A stretch of DNA of 64,000 nt from the NCBI GenBank assembly GCA_021298155.1, contig JAJTEN010000002.1, forward strand, positions 10,580 through 74,579. Direction: 5' to 3'. Source of the stretch: Sphingobacteriales bacterium. Its GTDB lineage: Bacteria > Bacteroidota > Bacteroidia > UKL13-3. Made by a program: the position numbers and the translations under genes. The notes under the pieces are model-generated. The model did not search any database. It was not told the origin of the DNA and saw nothing but the letters and a program-made list of their open reading frames with translations. This document shows, piece after piece, positions 22,201 through 32,149 of the stretch. How positions within the stretch are numbered: position 1 is the stretch's first letter; every line of letters begins with the position of its first letter.

Positions 22201-24468
22201 AGGTCCGATTACACTGGTAGCGCCCGGTGAACTAATCTGGGCCAAAATCTGAGTAGTAATTCCCACAATACCAATTTTTTGGCCACCACGCTCAATAATT
22301 ACAGATGGAGCAATTCCTTTTTTCTGGTTATTGTTGGTAATATTTGCTGCTGCTTTAAAAGCTGTATCTCTTAATATTTGATTCGTAAATAAATAGCTTA
22401 GGTTAATATCCTGACTATAATCTAAATTACAACTAACAAATGGGAACTGTGCACCAACCCATCTTTTATCGGCACCATTATTCCTGATATCAACACCAAT
22501 TTGTCCGTTCAATTCTGAGGTGCCTAAATCAAACTCATGATTGCCCATTGCAGAGGCATTATAACCCATTATATTCATCATGGCGATATCTGCTCTTCCA
22601 ATTGCCGCGCGCAATTGATTGCCATTTCCGGCATAATAGGATACCGCTGTATTTCTCAGGGGAGTCTGCAAGGATGGATCTTCACCAGATGACAAAAACG
22701 GTCCCGGTAATACATTGTCGCCCGATGATAGTAATAGGGTATTCGGATACTCATCTTCTAATTTATCTACAATGGCTGCAAAATTTGGCGCATCTTGGGT
22801 AGCGCTCACACTGCTTTCCATATCTGATGAATGCAAAACTTGCATTTGAAAATCGCTTCTGCTGTTTATCTCAAACAATGAAACCGTTCCGCTAATTTCA
22901 TAAGATACAACTAGCATTGGTTTACCTGTGGGACTTTGATTAGCTGGAATAAATACTATGCCTTCTGGTCCTAAATCGCCACCACTATTCAAAGCTGGGG
23001 TTTGAGCAAAATTTCGAGTAGAAACATATTGAACAAAATATGGATTAGCAGGATTAGTAATATTATAAATCATAATACCACTCATACGCTCTAAACCAAT
23101 AAATGCATAAGTAGAGTCTAGTATCTTACCAATAGTAATGGCTTCTGGCTCTGGACCCTTATCATCACTTCTATTTTTTAAGGTATTATTCGTACTACTC
23201 GCATTAAAATTACTTGGAAATAAAGTATTTAATCTTTGTTCAAATTCATCTTTGCTATCCCAAACCAATTGACCAGTTGTACCATTCCAAACAGAAAATG
23301 ATCTTGCTCCGTAACAAAACACACTATCAAATAAACCATCATTATTAAAATCGCCAAATCGGTTGGTTACATTTAACCTCCCCAATGCAGTATTTACTTT
23401 TAAAGCTGCAACCGCTGCTGCACCTCCAAATTTATTTGTGTCTAATAAATAAGTACTGCTACCAAATCTAATTTCTTCGGTATTTGCAGCACCCCAATCT
23501 GCGCGCGCATCGCCTTCATTAGCGGTAACTAAAAAAGTAGTATTACCAACTTTATAACTAGCAATTGCATCTGGCTGATACATGCCAAAAACAGGACGAT
23601 TAAGAATATTCACTGTTCCTCCTTGGTCTGAAGCATCTAAAGCATTCCCCGGAAAATTGTGATTTTTAAACCCAAGTGGAATTAATCGCGTAATGGTGGC
23701 TGTAGCAATATTTAATTCTGCCAAACAATTGTTTTCTTGGCAGGTAATCCATGCTGTATTTCCATCATCAGAAACAGCTATATACTCTGGTTCTAAATCT
23801 TCAGCAATGGTAGAATTTCTCAGAAAAACACCAGCAGATTGTATTCTTCCAGTTATCTTTATTCGAGAATCTAAGGGAATAGAATTAAACTGAGTAAAGC
23901 CTGCATGTATTACATGCGATTGGTTCAAACCAGCTATTCCACCCGAAACATCTATAATAGAAACAGAGCCTTCAGGATCTATGGTGTAACCAACATTTGG
24001 CTCACCCTCATTGGCTACTAGAATCTTTTTTCCATTAGGCGTGAAGGTAAGCATATCTGGGTTCGGACCTACATCAACTTGGTTCAAATAATTACCATTA
24101 ATGTCTAGAAATACTACTTTCCCATTTTCTGTTTTACCCAAAGAATCAATAACTGCAATGGCTACAACACCATTTCTTACAGCAATAGATGTTAAATCTA
24201 TACCATATGGCTTTATGCTAATTGAGCTAATTAAAACGGGTGAAGATGGATTACTAACATTTACGATTTTCATACTGGTATCAGGACCATTAGTAATGAA
24301 AATTCGCTTACTTTGCGCATCGTAAGCGGTTATTTCTGCTCCAGCTTTATCATAAAAACCAGTAGCATAGCGGCCAACAAATTGCATGTTTATTTGGGCA
24401 TGCAAAAAGCAAGTAAAAACCAGTGCTGCCGCCAGCAACAGTGATTTTTTGTGTATTAAATTCATCAT
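19228..24468 (-). CDS. T9SS-secreted phosphatase fusion: choice-of-anchor I (atypical PhoA-like propeller), 5'-nucleotidase/metallophosphoesterase, OB-fold-like and SusE-like domains, CTD
   Basis: ANEGEP, DLEPEY, GMYQPDAIA, RSDDKGPEPE, GDLGPEG; then SSGD, GNHEFD, ETNLGNL, NGGGIR, FPQIGG; C-terminal LYPNP...GVYVLKI. Confidence 0.88.
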   Translation of the reverse strand: MMNLIHKKSLLLAAALVFTCFLHAQINMQFVGRYATGFYDKAGAEITAYDAQSKRIFITNGPDTSMKIVNVSNPSSPVLISSISIKPYGIDLTSIAVRNGVVAIAVIDSLGKTENGKVVFLDINGNYLNQVDVGPNPDMLTFTPNGKKILVANEGEPNVGYTIDPEGSVSIIDVSGGIAGLNQSHVIHAGFTQFNSIPLDSRIKITGRIQSAGVFLRNSTIAEDLEPEYIAVSDDGNTAWITCQENNCLAELNIATATITRLIPLGFKNHNFPGNALDASDQGGTVNILNRPVFGMYQPDAIASYKVGNTTFLVTANEGDARADWGAANTEEIRFGSSTYLLDTNKFGGAAAVAALKVNTALGRLNVTNRFGDFNNDGLFDSVFCYGARSFSVWNGTTGQLVWDSKDEFEQRLNTLFPSNFNASSTNNTLKNRSDDKGPEPEAITIGKILDSTYAFIGLERMSGIMIYNITNPANPYFVQYVSTRNFAQTPALNSGGDLGPEGIVFIPANQSPTGKPMLVVSYEISGTVSLFEINSRSDFQMQVLHSSDMESSVSATQDAPNFAAIVDKLEDEYPNTLLLSSGDNVLPGPFLSSGEDPSLQTPLRNTAVSYYAGNGNQLRAAIGRADIAMMNIMGYNASAMGNHEFDLGTSELNGQIGVDIRNNGADKRWVGAQFPFVSCNLDYSQDINLSYLFTNQILRDTAFKAAANITNNNQKKGIAPSVIIERGGQKIGIVGITTQILAQISSPGATSVIGPKQNNMPALAQIMQPFIDSLRFKEGINKIIVLSHLQQINLEMSLAPLLKGVDIIIAGGNHELLADGTDRLRGGQSVYGTYPMVLNNFDNEPLLLINSSAEWKYVNRLVVDFDANGKIIVSSLDPNINGVYASDTAMVTQLYGSYAAGFTAGSKGQMVRNICSAVANVINSKDGNVLGKSKVFLEGRRNLVRTEETNLGNLSSDANLWYAQQYDPTVKISIKNGGGIRSAIGYVNAVGNNVDLEPNQANVGAGKLAGDISQLDVENSLRFNNRLVILSANVAGIRRLVEHGISATRPGATPGQFPQIGGLSFSYDSALTAGSKIRSLVTIDGNGNRLDTLVRNGQLYGDTNRVFRLVTLNFLANPSGAGSPIGGDGYPFPSNTFNRVDLDTALKSTGTSNFTAIGSEQDAFAEYLQARHATAQTAYSVRDTNLIGDRRIQLLNARPDAIFPETNPAISILSARNTSANQMVRVRGVISRAWGRFIYIQDATGGIGVRQSSGAMVDAITAGMLVKGDSVEVIGLRNEFNNYAQIQLNSGVYTSTNTIIKLGSGKSIVPVSLSIKQILADPEKYESVLVRISGLRTSAVGNFAASTNYTIWDGTTTGDTTILRVIAAADTEIEDAPALAIPTDTFTFEGIVAQFCASPASNCGNGYQLYGVRKSDIIFTPTLKPFNLISPNNNASVFVTAGTTTPIQITFGSAKLPAARYKWKAALASGSLNLPILTLNSNGNGADTSLTLLSGNIDGILASLGLRKGDSVNLKWTVYAYNGADSLKANQEYFITLGRNRTLTSFNLVGPTNNARIEVKKASTDPIIINWEGSTTATRYAWYLDLPSANFTNPIVKLNSDSSGIQNKLSLTSGAVDAVAESAGVAEGDSIVLKWTVKAYEGTDSLFANLPFSIKIVRQKTVGLNKIDFSDRVVLYPNPTENYLHIYSGLPLNGAHFEIVTLDGKQVLQGTYTGDEISLHGIQTGVYVLKITYEEETICKKIIKQ

Positions 24469-24590
24469 AATTGATTGGGAATAAATGTTTAACATTGTTT
24501 TCCCTCGCAAATTGATGTTGCTATGCTACTACAAAGTAAATTTTAGATTACTAAAATAACACCTGATTGTAAAGAATACGTTAAGTAAGC

Positions 24591-25856
24591 TTACTTCACA
24601 TAAAACGGGAAATTGCCATAGGCAATTTGATTTTGATGATCGGTGATATATACAAAGAGTCTGTAAGCCCCATTTTGCATGGGAGCTTTAAAACTAAAAG
24701 CATCTCCAGTTTTAACTATATGAATAGGCAAGGCATCTGGTTTACGTTCAGCATCTCCACCAGATAAGGTAAATTCACTTTCAGGCATAAGTTCCCATTT
24801 ATATTGTAAACCTCCTTTGGTGCTATGCTCAATATCCAATTGAACCAATACTTGGGCGCGTTTGCTTACCTTTACACTAGCTGCAGCTTCCATCCCATTT
24901 AAAGTGTATTGCTTAATTCTTGGAGCCACCAGCTCAAGCGGTTTATTGCTCCATTCTTGTTGCAATACCTGCACACATTCACCATATTTATTATCAACAA
25001 AAACACCATACCAAGTAGGGGTTGTTTCTTGTTTTTGTCCCCATAAAAACACATAAGAACCCAAACAAATGGCACTATCTGCCAATATATGTTCCCGGTA
25101 CCGTTTTTGGTAAGTAATCGCCTTCTCTGTAGATGTTTGTTCTATGGGAGCTAACCAACTCGTTTTAGCAACCTCCCAATGGCCATTCGGACCCCATTCT
25201 GTTACCATATAGGGTTTATTCCAACCATACAAACGAATTTTTTGTGCCAAAGCTGGCAAATCTCCGTATGTATTTACACCCAAAATATCTATGTCCTTAC
25301 ACTTCTCTTTTATTAATGAAACTTCTGGCGCATCAATACCAGCTGTTACAACACAAGTAGGGTGATTCTTATCTTCTGCATGAATCATTGCTGCTATGTT
25401 TTGTACGGCATCCCAAACCGCAAAATCTGTATAAAACAAATCAACCTCATTACCCACACCCCATAATAATAATGCTGGATGGTCTTTGTAACGCTTCACG
25501 ATACTTTTAAATTGATTTAATTGATCCAAGCAGGCCAACTTATCACTATAATCAAAACCATGCCTCTCTGGTGGCATCCATAAACCAAGCATTACCGTTA
25601 ACCCACGCTTATGCGCTTCATCTAAAACCTCTTTTGCATTCTCTGCTCCCCACAACCTAACAGAATTAGCACCAGAAGCAAGTGCAATATCCATGTATAC
25701 ATGTCCGCCTACACCCTTTACATAATAAGGTGTATTATTTCTGAGCATTGTAAAATTACCTGCTTCATCTGTTTTAATGGTAACAGGCACTGGCTGCGCA
25801 TATACCCCACAAGTGAATAAAAGAAAGAGAAAACAAATTACTAGCACTTGTTTCAT
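24591..25856 (-). CDS. Glycoside hydrolase, GH2-like TIM barrel (clan GH-A)
   Basis: GANSVRLW, YKDHPALLLWGVGNE (acid/base), KPYMVTEWG (nucleophile). Confidence 0.85.
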   Translation of the reverse strand: MKQVLVICFLFLLFTCGVYAQPVPVTIKTDEAGNFTMLRNNTPYYVKGVGGHVYMDIALASGANSVRLWGAENAKEVLDEAHKRGLTVMLGLWMPPERHGFDYSDKLACLDQLNQFKSIVKRYKDHPALLLWGVGNEVDLFYTDFAVWDAVQNIAAMIHAEDKNHPTCVVTAGIDAPEVSLIKEKCKDIDILGVNTYGDLPALAQKIRLYGWNKPYMVTEWGPNGHWEVAKTSWLAPIEQTSTEKAITYQKRYREHILADSAICLGSYVFLWGQKQETTPTWYGVFVDNKYGECVQVLQQEWSNKPLELVAPRIKQYTLNGMEAAASVKVSKRAQVLVQLDIEHSTKGGLQYKWELMPESEFTLSGGDAERKPDALPIHIVKTGDAFSFKAPMQNGAYRLFVYITDHQNQIAYGNFPFYVK

Positions 25857-25860
25857 AAAC

Positions 25861-27675
25861 CTATTGTGTTTTTACTAATTTAACTCGCCCTTGTGTAATG
25901 CCATTTCCTACTTGCAACCAATATATGCCGCTTGAAATGCCTGGTAATTGCTTGTTTAAATCTGTTAAATTACCAACAGAAATGATAGATTTTCCATGAA
26001 TATCAAATAACTCAAAGGCATTGGGTACAAATGGTAAATCCAATTGTAGTTCATCCAAAATCGGATTGGGATAAACCTTAATCCCCCAGTTACTTTGCTC
26101 TAAATCTAGTAAGGCACTTTGAATATCCTTACATGGCTTTTCTTCAATGGCAAAATCATCAAAAAAATACACATCATTTGTATTTGTATTTGGTGCCAAC
26201 AACATCACCAATTGATCTATGCTGCCGTCTAAAGTATTTGGATCGGGCCTAAGAATTAATTTAAAGGTAAGCTCTTCCCACGACCTAGATTTGGTGGTTT
26301 TAGCCTGCAAAACACAACGCCTTCCAATAGGATAATCTTGCCCAGCACGGAGCCTGTTTTCAAAATTGATATTTATCTCTGTACCTACAGGAGCAGTAGT
26401 ATATAACTTCATTTTTAAAATCAAATTTCCACGCTCAAAATCACTCGCATTTTTTATTGGCATCGCCTTTAACCACAATGCATCATAGGAAACAGCCGAA
26501 TTTCTATAATACCTATTTACACCGTTACTAGCGTTTACACTGTCTTTTGCCGGATTGGTTATACTCCCAGCAAAGGTTCCTGTGCTACCCACCCAATATA
26601 TACTTCTTTGTTTTTCCAAATTATCTATTACTCCTTCGCAGGTATCTGGAAGGGCCCGAACCCATTTTGCTATCTTCTTAGATTTTCCATTATGGGTTAT
26701 CGTAACAAAAATAGAATCACTTTTTAATCCCCAATCTATTTTAGCCTGATCCAAACTAGCGCCGCTTCTAATACTTGCGCCTGCAGGCACCTCCCATAAA
26801 TAAGTGGCGCCTGGCAATTTTTGTGTGTAAAATATTTGGTTGGTGTCTTTTCGTAAAATAGCATCCGGACCACTAATAAAAATATGTGAAAGATCTTGAT
26901 ATACGCGAATATAATCTACCTGTAAAGTAGCCGTATCAGGAGTAGTAGCATCAGGATAACCTAAAAAATTACCACCAACTGCTAAGTTCATAATAACATG
27001 AAAATTTCTATCAAAAGGCCACCAAAAAGGATTGGTATTCACGCGCGTTTTAGTGCTATACAAAATAGTATCTACGTACCACTCAATGGTATTTTCATTC
27101 CATTGTAAAGTATACACATGAAAATCATTTGCAAAACTTCCATTGCTCAGGGTATAGGTAGTACCCGTGTATCTATTGTTAGGCACATAGGCGCCATAAT
27201 GAATCGTCCCATGCGTTGTTTGCGGTTCTTGACCCTTCGCTTCCATTAAATCTATTTCTCCACTTAATGGCCAAATACCATAATGATTCTCCGAAGGTAG
27301 AAACCACACCGCTGGCCAATATCCTCGTCCAACAGGAATGCGTGCACGTACTTCAATTCTACCAGAGGCAAAATCAACTTTATTTAATGTTCTAATGCGG
27401 GCAGAGGTATAGGTGTTTGAACCCACCGTTTCTTTTTTAGCAGAAATAGTCAACATACCATTCTGAACCTTCACATTTTCTTGCTTGTAAAATTGGAGTT
27501 CATTATTACCCCAACCGCATAAGTTAGGACATCCATTCCCTATTTGGTAACTCCAAAAATTGGTATCTAAGTTGTTCCCATTAAACTCATCACTCCAACG
27601 CAAAAACGCTTGTGCTTGGCTAAAAATTGGGTTCAAACCAACTATTAAAAATATATATGCTTTTAGGTATTTCAT
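25861..27675 (-). CDS. GH16 endo-beta-1,3-glucanase (laminarinase-type) with PKD-like linker, CBM-like domain and T9SS CTD
   Basis: WSDEF, GWGNNELQ, YTSARI, WPAVW, WPLSGEIDLME, NLAVGG; CTD VYPNP. Confidence 0.93.
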   Translation of the reverse strand: MKYLKAYIFLIVGLNPIFSQAQAFLRWSDEFNGNNLDTNFWSYQIGNGCPNLCGWGNNELQFYKQENVKVQNGMLTISAKKETVGSNTYTSARIRTLNKVDFASGRIEVRARIPVGRGYWPAVWFLPSENHYGIWPLSGEIDLMEAKGQEPQTTHGTIHYGAYVPNNRYTGTTYTLSNGSFANDFHVYTLQWNENTIEWYVDTILYSTKTRVNTNPFWWPFDRNFHVIMNLAVGGNFLGYPDATTPDTATLQVDYIRVYQDLSHIFISGPDAILRKDTNQIFYTQKLPGATYLWEVPAGASIRSGASLDQAKIDWGLKSDSIFVTITHNGKSKKIAKWVRALPDTCEGVIDNLEKQRSIYWVGSTGTFAGSITNPAKDSVNASNGVNRYYRNSAVSYDALWLKAMPIKNASDFERGNLILKMKLYTTAPVGTEININFENRLRAGQDYPIGRRCVLQAKTTKSRSWEELTFKLILRPDPNTLDGSIDQLVMLLAPNTNTNDVYFFDDFAIEEKPCKDIQSALLDLEQSNWGIKVYPNPILDELQLDLPFVPNAFELFDIHGKSIISVGNLTDLNKQLPGISSGIYWLQVGNGITQGRVKLVKTQ

Positions 27676-29957
27676 TGGTTTGTAATAGTTATGTTTTGAC
27701 TTAAGGTATCTACTGAAAGTTTAAATGAACCGGGTTCAACGCCCCATTTGTTTGATAGTCCAACAAATGCTAAATGTTGCACAGGTAATTCTATTGAAAC
27801 AATTTCACTTGCTCCCGGCCTCAAAAAAATCTTTCGAAATGCCCGCAATTTTTTTACCGAAGGTGTAATACTTGCCACCTCATCTTTACTGTAAAACAAT
27901 GCGGTATGCAAACCCTCCATGTTACCTATATTGCTTATGGTAACATTCATTTTAATGGTATCTGAAAGTGTATAACTTTCTTTATCACAAGTAAAATTGC
28001 TGTAAACATACCCTGTATAACTAAGGCCTGAACCAAACTCAAACAATGGATTAAAGCCCAATGGTTTAAAATCTTTGTTCAACACCTCCGTATATTTACA
28101 ATCGTATGTTAGATGAAAACTCGAATATCTTGGATAGGTAAAGGGTAATTTACCTGAAGGATTAGATAAGCCACATAATACATTTGCTATAGCAGTTCCA
28201 CCGGCATCTCCAGGTAAACCTGCAAAAATAATAGCATCACATAAAGACTCGGTGTTAGCAAAGGTTCTAGGCCTTCCTTCCAATAAAACTACAATCACCT
28301 TTTTCCCTGCTTGCTTATATACTTTAATCAGGTGTTGTTGAGCTGCAGAAAGTTCTAAATCCAATATATCTCCAGGTTTTTCTGTGTAGGTATCTTCGCC
28401 TAAAAATAATACCACTGAAGCTATATTTTTTGCCGCTGCAAGTAATGCTTCATCAGACAAATTGGTATCATAAGTATTACCCGGCAAATAAACCACTTTA
28501 TCCATCCCATGTATGTTTTGCAATGCCTCCAAACATGTTGGAACCTCAGAATTATAAGTGGTATCTCTACCTTGCCAAGTATGTGTCCAACCTCCATTTA
28601 ACGCATTTATATAATGCGCATTGGCACCTGTAACTAAAATCTTTTCAGTTGGAGATAATGGTAAAGCTTGATTTGAATTCTTTAATAAAACTAAACTTTG
28701 TGTAGCCAATGCCAAGGATAACTCTTTACTTTGGTCTGAACCAATTGAATCATATTTACTGCTATTTGCAGGTGAGTGTTCAAATAAACCAAGTTTAAAT
28801 TTAAGGGTTAATATCCGCAAAACAGATTGATTTATGCGCGTCATTGAAATGTTTCCTTCCTTTACATTTTCAATTAGGTAATGCGTAAATAAAGTATCTA
28901 AGGGAACCATAGCCATATCAATTCCAGCATTAATAGCCACGGCTACCGCTTCTTTATAGGTGGATACTATTTTATGTCGCTCATACAAATTTTTGATGTC
29001 TTCCCAGTCTGTTACCGTTATCCCTTTAAACTTTAATTCTTCGCGCAAAATAGTTTGTAATAAAAACTTACTGGCATGAACAGGCTCGCCATTTACTTCA
29101 CCAGAGTTTATCATGATAGTTTGTGCGCCAGCCTCAATAGCTTGAGCAAAGGGCGGTAAAAAAATTTCACGCAATTGCCTTTCTGGGATATAAGCAGGAG
29201 TTCTATCCATTCCACTGCGGGCATCTCCATAACCAACATAGTGTTTTAAACAAGCTGCTACTCCAGGTAGTCCATTTTTTGAAGGCATTTGATAGGCTTT
29301 AACCATACTCGAACCTAAGCATGAGGCCACCATTGGATCTTCACCAAATGTTTCCCAGAACCTAGGCCATCTTGGATTTCTAGCTACATCTAAAACTGGA
29401 GAAAAATTCCAAGCCAAACCACTTGCACGTACATCATTGGCAGTATTGGTAGCCATATCTGCTATCATATCTGTATTAAAACTAGCTGCTAAATTGATTT
29501 GCTGCGGGTACAGGGTTGCACCTACAGTATAGTTGGCGCCATGTATCGCATCTATCCCATACAAAACGGGTATTTGAAGTCGCGTTTGCATCCGATACGC
29601 ATGCAAAGCTTCGCTCACTTCTTTCCACTGAGCCAATGTAAAAGTATTACCAGGTACATTTAATATAGAACCTACACCCATTTCTACCAATACTTTTCTG
29701 AGCCTAACAGTATCTAAAGCATGCGGCTTTGTTAAATTAAATTGGTCTTTACCCTGCAAAATCATCTCAATACTAAGCTGTGTCATTTGCCCTGCTTTCT
29801 CTTCCAAACTCATCTCATTTAGAATAGCTTGGGCGCGCTCCTCTGGCAATTTATCTTTGGCCGACTTACACGATGAGATAGCCAATAATAAAGTAAATAC
29901 ACCCCAAATAATTTGGTTCGAACCTAATTTTTTTCTAATTGTATATGATCTATCCAT
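27672..29957 (-). CDS. GH3 beta-glucosidase (lipoprotein)
   Basis: SLEEKAGQM, DAIHG, ETFGEDP, KHY, VTDW, NPSGKLP, Fn3-like tail; lipobox ISSC. Confidence 0.93.
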   Translation of the reverse strand: MDRSYTIRKKLGSNQIIWGVFTLLLAISSCKSAKDKLPEERAQAILNEMSLEEKAGQMTQLSIEMILQGKDQFNLTKPHALDTVRLRKVLVEMGVGSILNVPGNTFTLAQWKEVSEALHAYRMQTRLQIPVLYGIDAIHGANYTVGATLYPQQINLAASFNTDMIADMATNTANDVRASGLAWNFSPVLDVARNPRWPRFWETFGEDPMVASCLGSSMVKAYQMPSKNGLPGVAACLKHYVGYGDARSGMDRTPAYIPERQLREIFLPPFAQAIEAGAQTIMINSGEVNGEPVHASKFLLQTILREELKFKGITVTDWEDIKNLYERHKIVSTYKEAVAVAINAGIDMAMVPLDTLFTHYLIENVKEGNISMTRINQSVLRILTLKFKLGLFEHSPANSSKYDSIGSDQSKELSLALATQSLVLLKNSNQALPLSPTEKILVTGANAHYINALNGGWTHTWQGRDTTYNSEVPTCLEALQNIHGMDKVVYLPGNTYDTNLSDEALLAAAKNIASVVLFLGEDTYTEKPGDILDLELSAAQQHLIKVYKQAGKKVIVVLLEGRPRTFANTESLCDAIIFAGLPGDAGGTAIANVLCGLSNPSGKLPFTYPRYSSFHLTYDCKYTEVLNKDFKPLGFNPLFEFGSGLSYTGYVYSNFTCDKESYTLSDTIKMNVTISNIGNMEGLHTALFYSKDEVASITPSVKKLRAFRKIFLRPGASEIVSIELPVQHLAFVGLSNKWGVEPGSFKLSVDTLSQNITITNQ

Positions 29958-31111
29958 AATTCTCCTTCTTGCAAAAATGTTATCAATAGTTGTTTAAAAT
30001 TCTGGGTATTAAATTTAGCCTTATTCCAGTCGAATGCCGACAATGGAATCCGCACTTTTTGCCATTTTTTACCTTGCCTATCTATTTGTTGTAGTTCACT
30101 TAAAAACGACTGATTTAATCCAATATTTACCTGCTCACCTGAATACGATTCAAAACCAATTTGTATCTTATTGAGCTCAGATAAATTAGGCGTATAAACA
30201 AAAAAACTTAGGCTATACGCATCTATAGAATCTGGCAAAGCAATGGCTTGCCAACGTTCCCAATTAAAGCCTATTTGGTTATTAACATGGCTATTTTTTA
30301 TAAGATCCCATGATAGGTGTAAGGCAGAAGTCCCCATTAAATAAATTTGGGAATCTAGCTGTATTGTTCTGCCTAAATATGTGCCCAATCCCCATGCATA
30401 TTGCATATTGTCTTCAAAAATCAATGCCGGAAATGTTTGGGTAGTGGTTTGGCCAAATTTTTGATTCTTTTTAGCCTTCGCTTTATTTCCTTCTTCAATA
30501 AATATTTCATCTATCAAAATAGCTCCCTCACCCTGACACTCTATATTTAAACTCTTAATATTGCTAAAATCACTTTTTGGTCCAGCAGCCTCTAAAAACG
30601 CAGATAATGGAATAATTACTTTTTGCCATGCTTCATCTATTGGATATCGCTCTAAGTATTTCGCTTTAAACAAGGCAGCAGTTTGTATGCCACTATAATC
30701 TTCTAATAAAAATATTAAAGTAGGCACAAATTGAGTGCCTTTAATAGCTCGGATATAAAAAGTAATATTTCCATTTTGCATTACCGGTGTAAGGTCTTTC
30801 GCAGCATACCCATTCCACCCAATTCCAAATCCTAACCAGGCACATGATCCAGTTTTATTCCATTGCAATTTAATGCTCGATTTACCTTTATAGGCAAGCG
30901 TATCAATCCTACTAAAATGTTTGCAATCTGTTTTTTCTAAGCCCCAAATATCTGCTGTTTGGTTACTAAAAATTTCCTTATCCGTAAATACTTGTTGCTT
31001 CTCTAGATCATAGGTATTTCCCCACTCATCCACTAAGTTTTGTGTTTGCATATGGATACCACATGCAGACAGAAAAATTAAACACCAAGTGAGATAACTG
31101 ATCCGCTTCAT
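29924..31111 (-). CDS. Lipoprotein with two tandem CBM-like beta-sandwich domains
   Basis: Lipobox LSAC; internal repeat WQKV(I/R)IPLSAF...G-x-x-x-ID(E/H)I twice. Confidence 0.7.
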   Translation of the reverse strand: MKRISYLTWCLIFLSACGIHMQTQNLVDEWGNTYDLEKQQVFTDKEIFSNQTADIWGLEKTDCKHFSRIDTLAYKGKSSIKLQWNKTGSCAWLGFGIGWNGYAAKDLTPVMQNGNITFYIRAIKGTQFVPTLIFLLEDYSGIQTAALFKAKYLERYPIDEAWQKVIIPLSAFLEAAGPKSDFSNIKSLNIECQGEGAILIDEIFIEEGNKAKAKKNQKFGQTTTQTFPALIFEDNMQYAWGLGTYLGRTIQLDSQIYLMGTSALHLSWDLIKNSHVNNQIGFNWERWQAIALPDSIDAYSLSFFVYTPNLSELNKIQIGFESYSGEQVNIGLNQSFLSELQQIDRQGKKWQKVRIPLSAFDWNKAKFNTQNFKQLLITFLQEGELWIDHIQLEKN

Positions 31112-32145
31112 TAGGGTTGAAAGGGTTTATAATAGGTGAAATTTGCAAAATCAATGCCCACTCGCGTAATACCACTTGTACCCGGCTGAGATAATAACAA
31201 GAATTGAGTAGCAATAATTCTGTCGGGATCCTTCTTGCCTGTTCTATCTACATTACCAAAGCCGCCAGAAGTAGAAATTCGGGTATCTCCGTAAGAGAAG
31301 CTAACCAATTTCCAACCTTGCCAATTAACAGGTAAGCGAAAGTTATACGCGCCCTCTTCCGCAGGCTGATAAATACCATCTTTATTGTCGTCTTCTTGAA
31401 ACTCAATACTCAACTCCGCCTTATTATCGCCCCAACCATACACATATGCATTAAAAAAAATATTATTCGGATTTTCAGTGGCAAATGAAAAATAATTAGA
31501 TCCTAAACCCTGACTTACGCGCGCACTCAAGTTCATACCGCATAAAAATAAACTGGCCGTTGGACCTCTATTACCCGCTAATACATAGAATCTTGTTTTT
31601 TCTGTTGGCGAAACTCCTTGGTAATTTACCGATGTTCCATTAAAGGTTTGCTGACCTTCAGTAAAAGTATTGTAAGGCCTTTGCGGACTCTCAAAATCGT
31701 CTATTAATATATCTACTTTAGGTGTTGGCCGAACATCTGTAATCGTTAGCGTATCAGAATAAATGGTATCGGGATAATTCTCAAATCGCAAGCGAGCAAC
31801 ACAGGGTTCATTTTTTCTAAAAAAAGGGGCAAAAGTAATGGTACCATCCCAACTAATGGGAAAGGCATTAAAGTCTTTTTCATTGCCAGTAAACGTTTTT
31901 TTAGCACCGCTATTTAAGCCTATTACCTCCATTGTCCATTGTGTTCGAATACTTAATTTACCCTTAAATAGCACCTGTTCTTGGTTCGCAAAATTCACCG
32001 TTTTTACAGAGGCACGAATAGGTTCAAGCAAAGCAAATTGGCCAAATAAATCAACTAATTCTGGCCCTTCAATTGCTGTATCTTTTTTGCAGCCCATGAA
32101 AAGAATTAAATAAACCCCAATAAAAATTAACAAAAGCTTTTTCAT
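31111..32145 (-). CDS. Surface lipoprotein with an Ig-like domain and a CBM11-like domain
   Basis: Lipobox FMGC-KKD; LIDDFE...VNWQGWKLVSFSY. Confidence 0.7.
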   Translation of the reverse strand: MKKLLLIFIGVYLILFMGCKKDTAIEGPELVDLFGQFALLEPIRASVKTVNFANQEQVLFKGKLSIRTQWTMEVIGLNSGAKKTFTGNEKDFNAFPISWDGTITFAPFFRKNEPCVARLRFENYPDTIYSDTLTITDVRPTPKVDILIDDFESPQRPYNTFTEGQQTFNGTSVNYQGVSPTEKTRFYVLAGNRGPTASLFLCGMNLSARVSQGLGSNYFSFATENPNNIFFNAYVYGWGDNKAELSIEFQEDDNKDGIYQPAEEGAYNFRLPVNWQGWKLVSFSYGDTRISTSGGFGNVDRTGKKDPDRIIATQFLLLSQPGTSGITRVGIDFANFTYYKPFQP

Positions 32146-32149
32146 AGTT

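Noticed and set aside
19878-24325. Numerous 60-110 aa antisense ORFs here and across the window
   Set aside because: All lie opposite long, motif-supported genes and lack independent features.
24526-24533. Third CTACTACA site upstream of the phosphatase
   Set aside because: Half-site only, overlapping and downstream of the putative -7 box; geometry differs from the two full operators.
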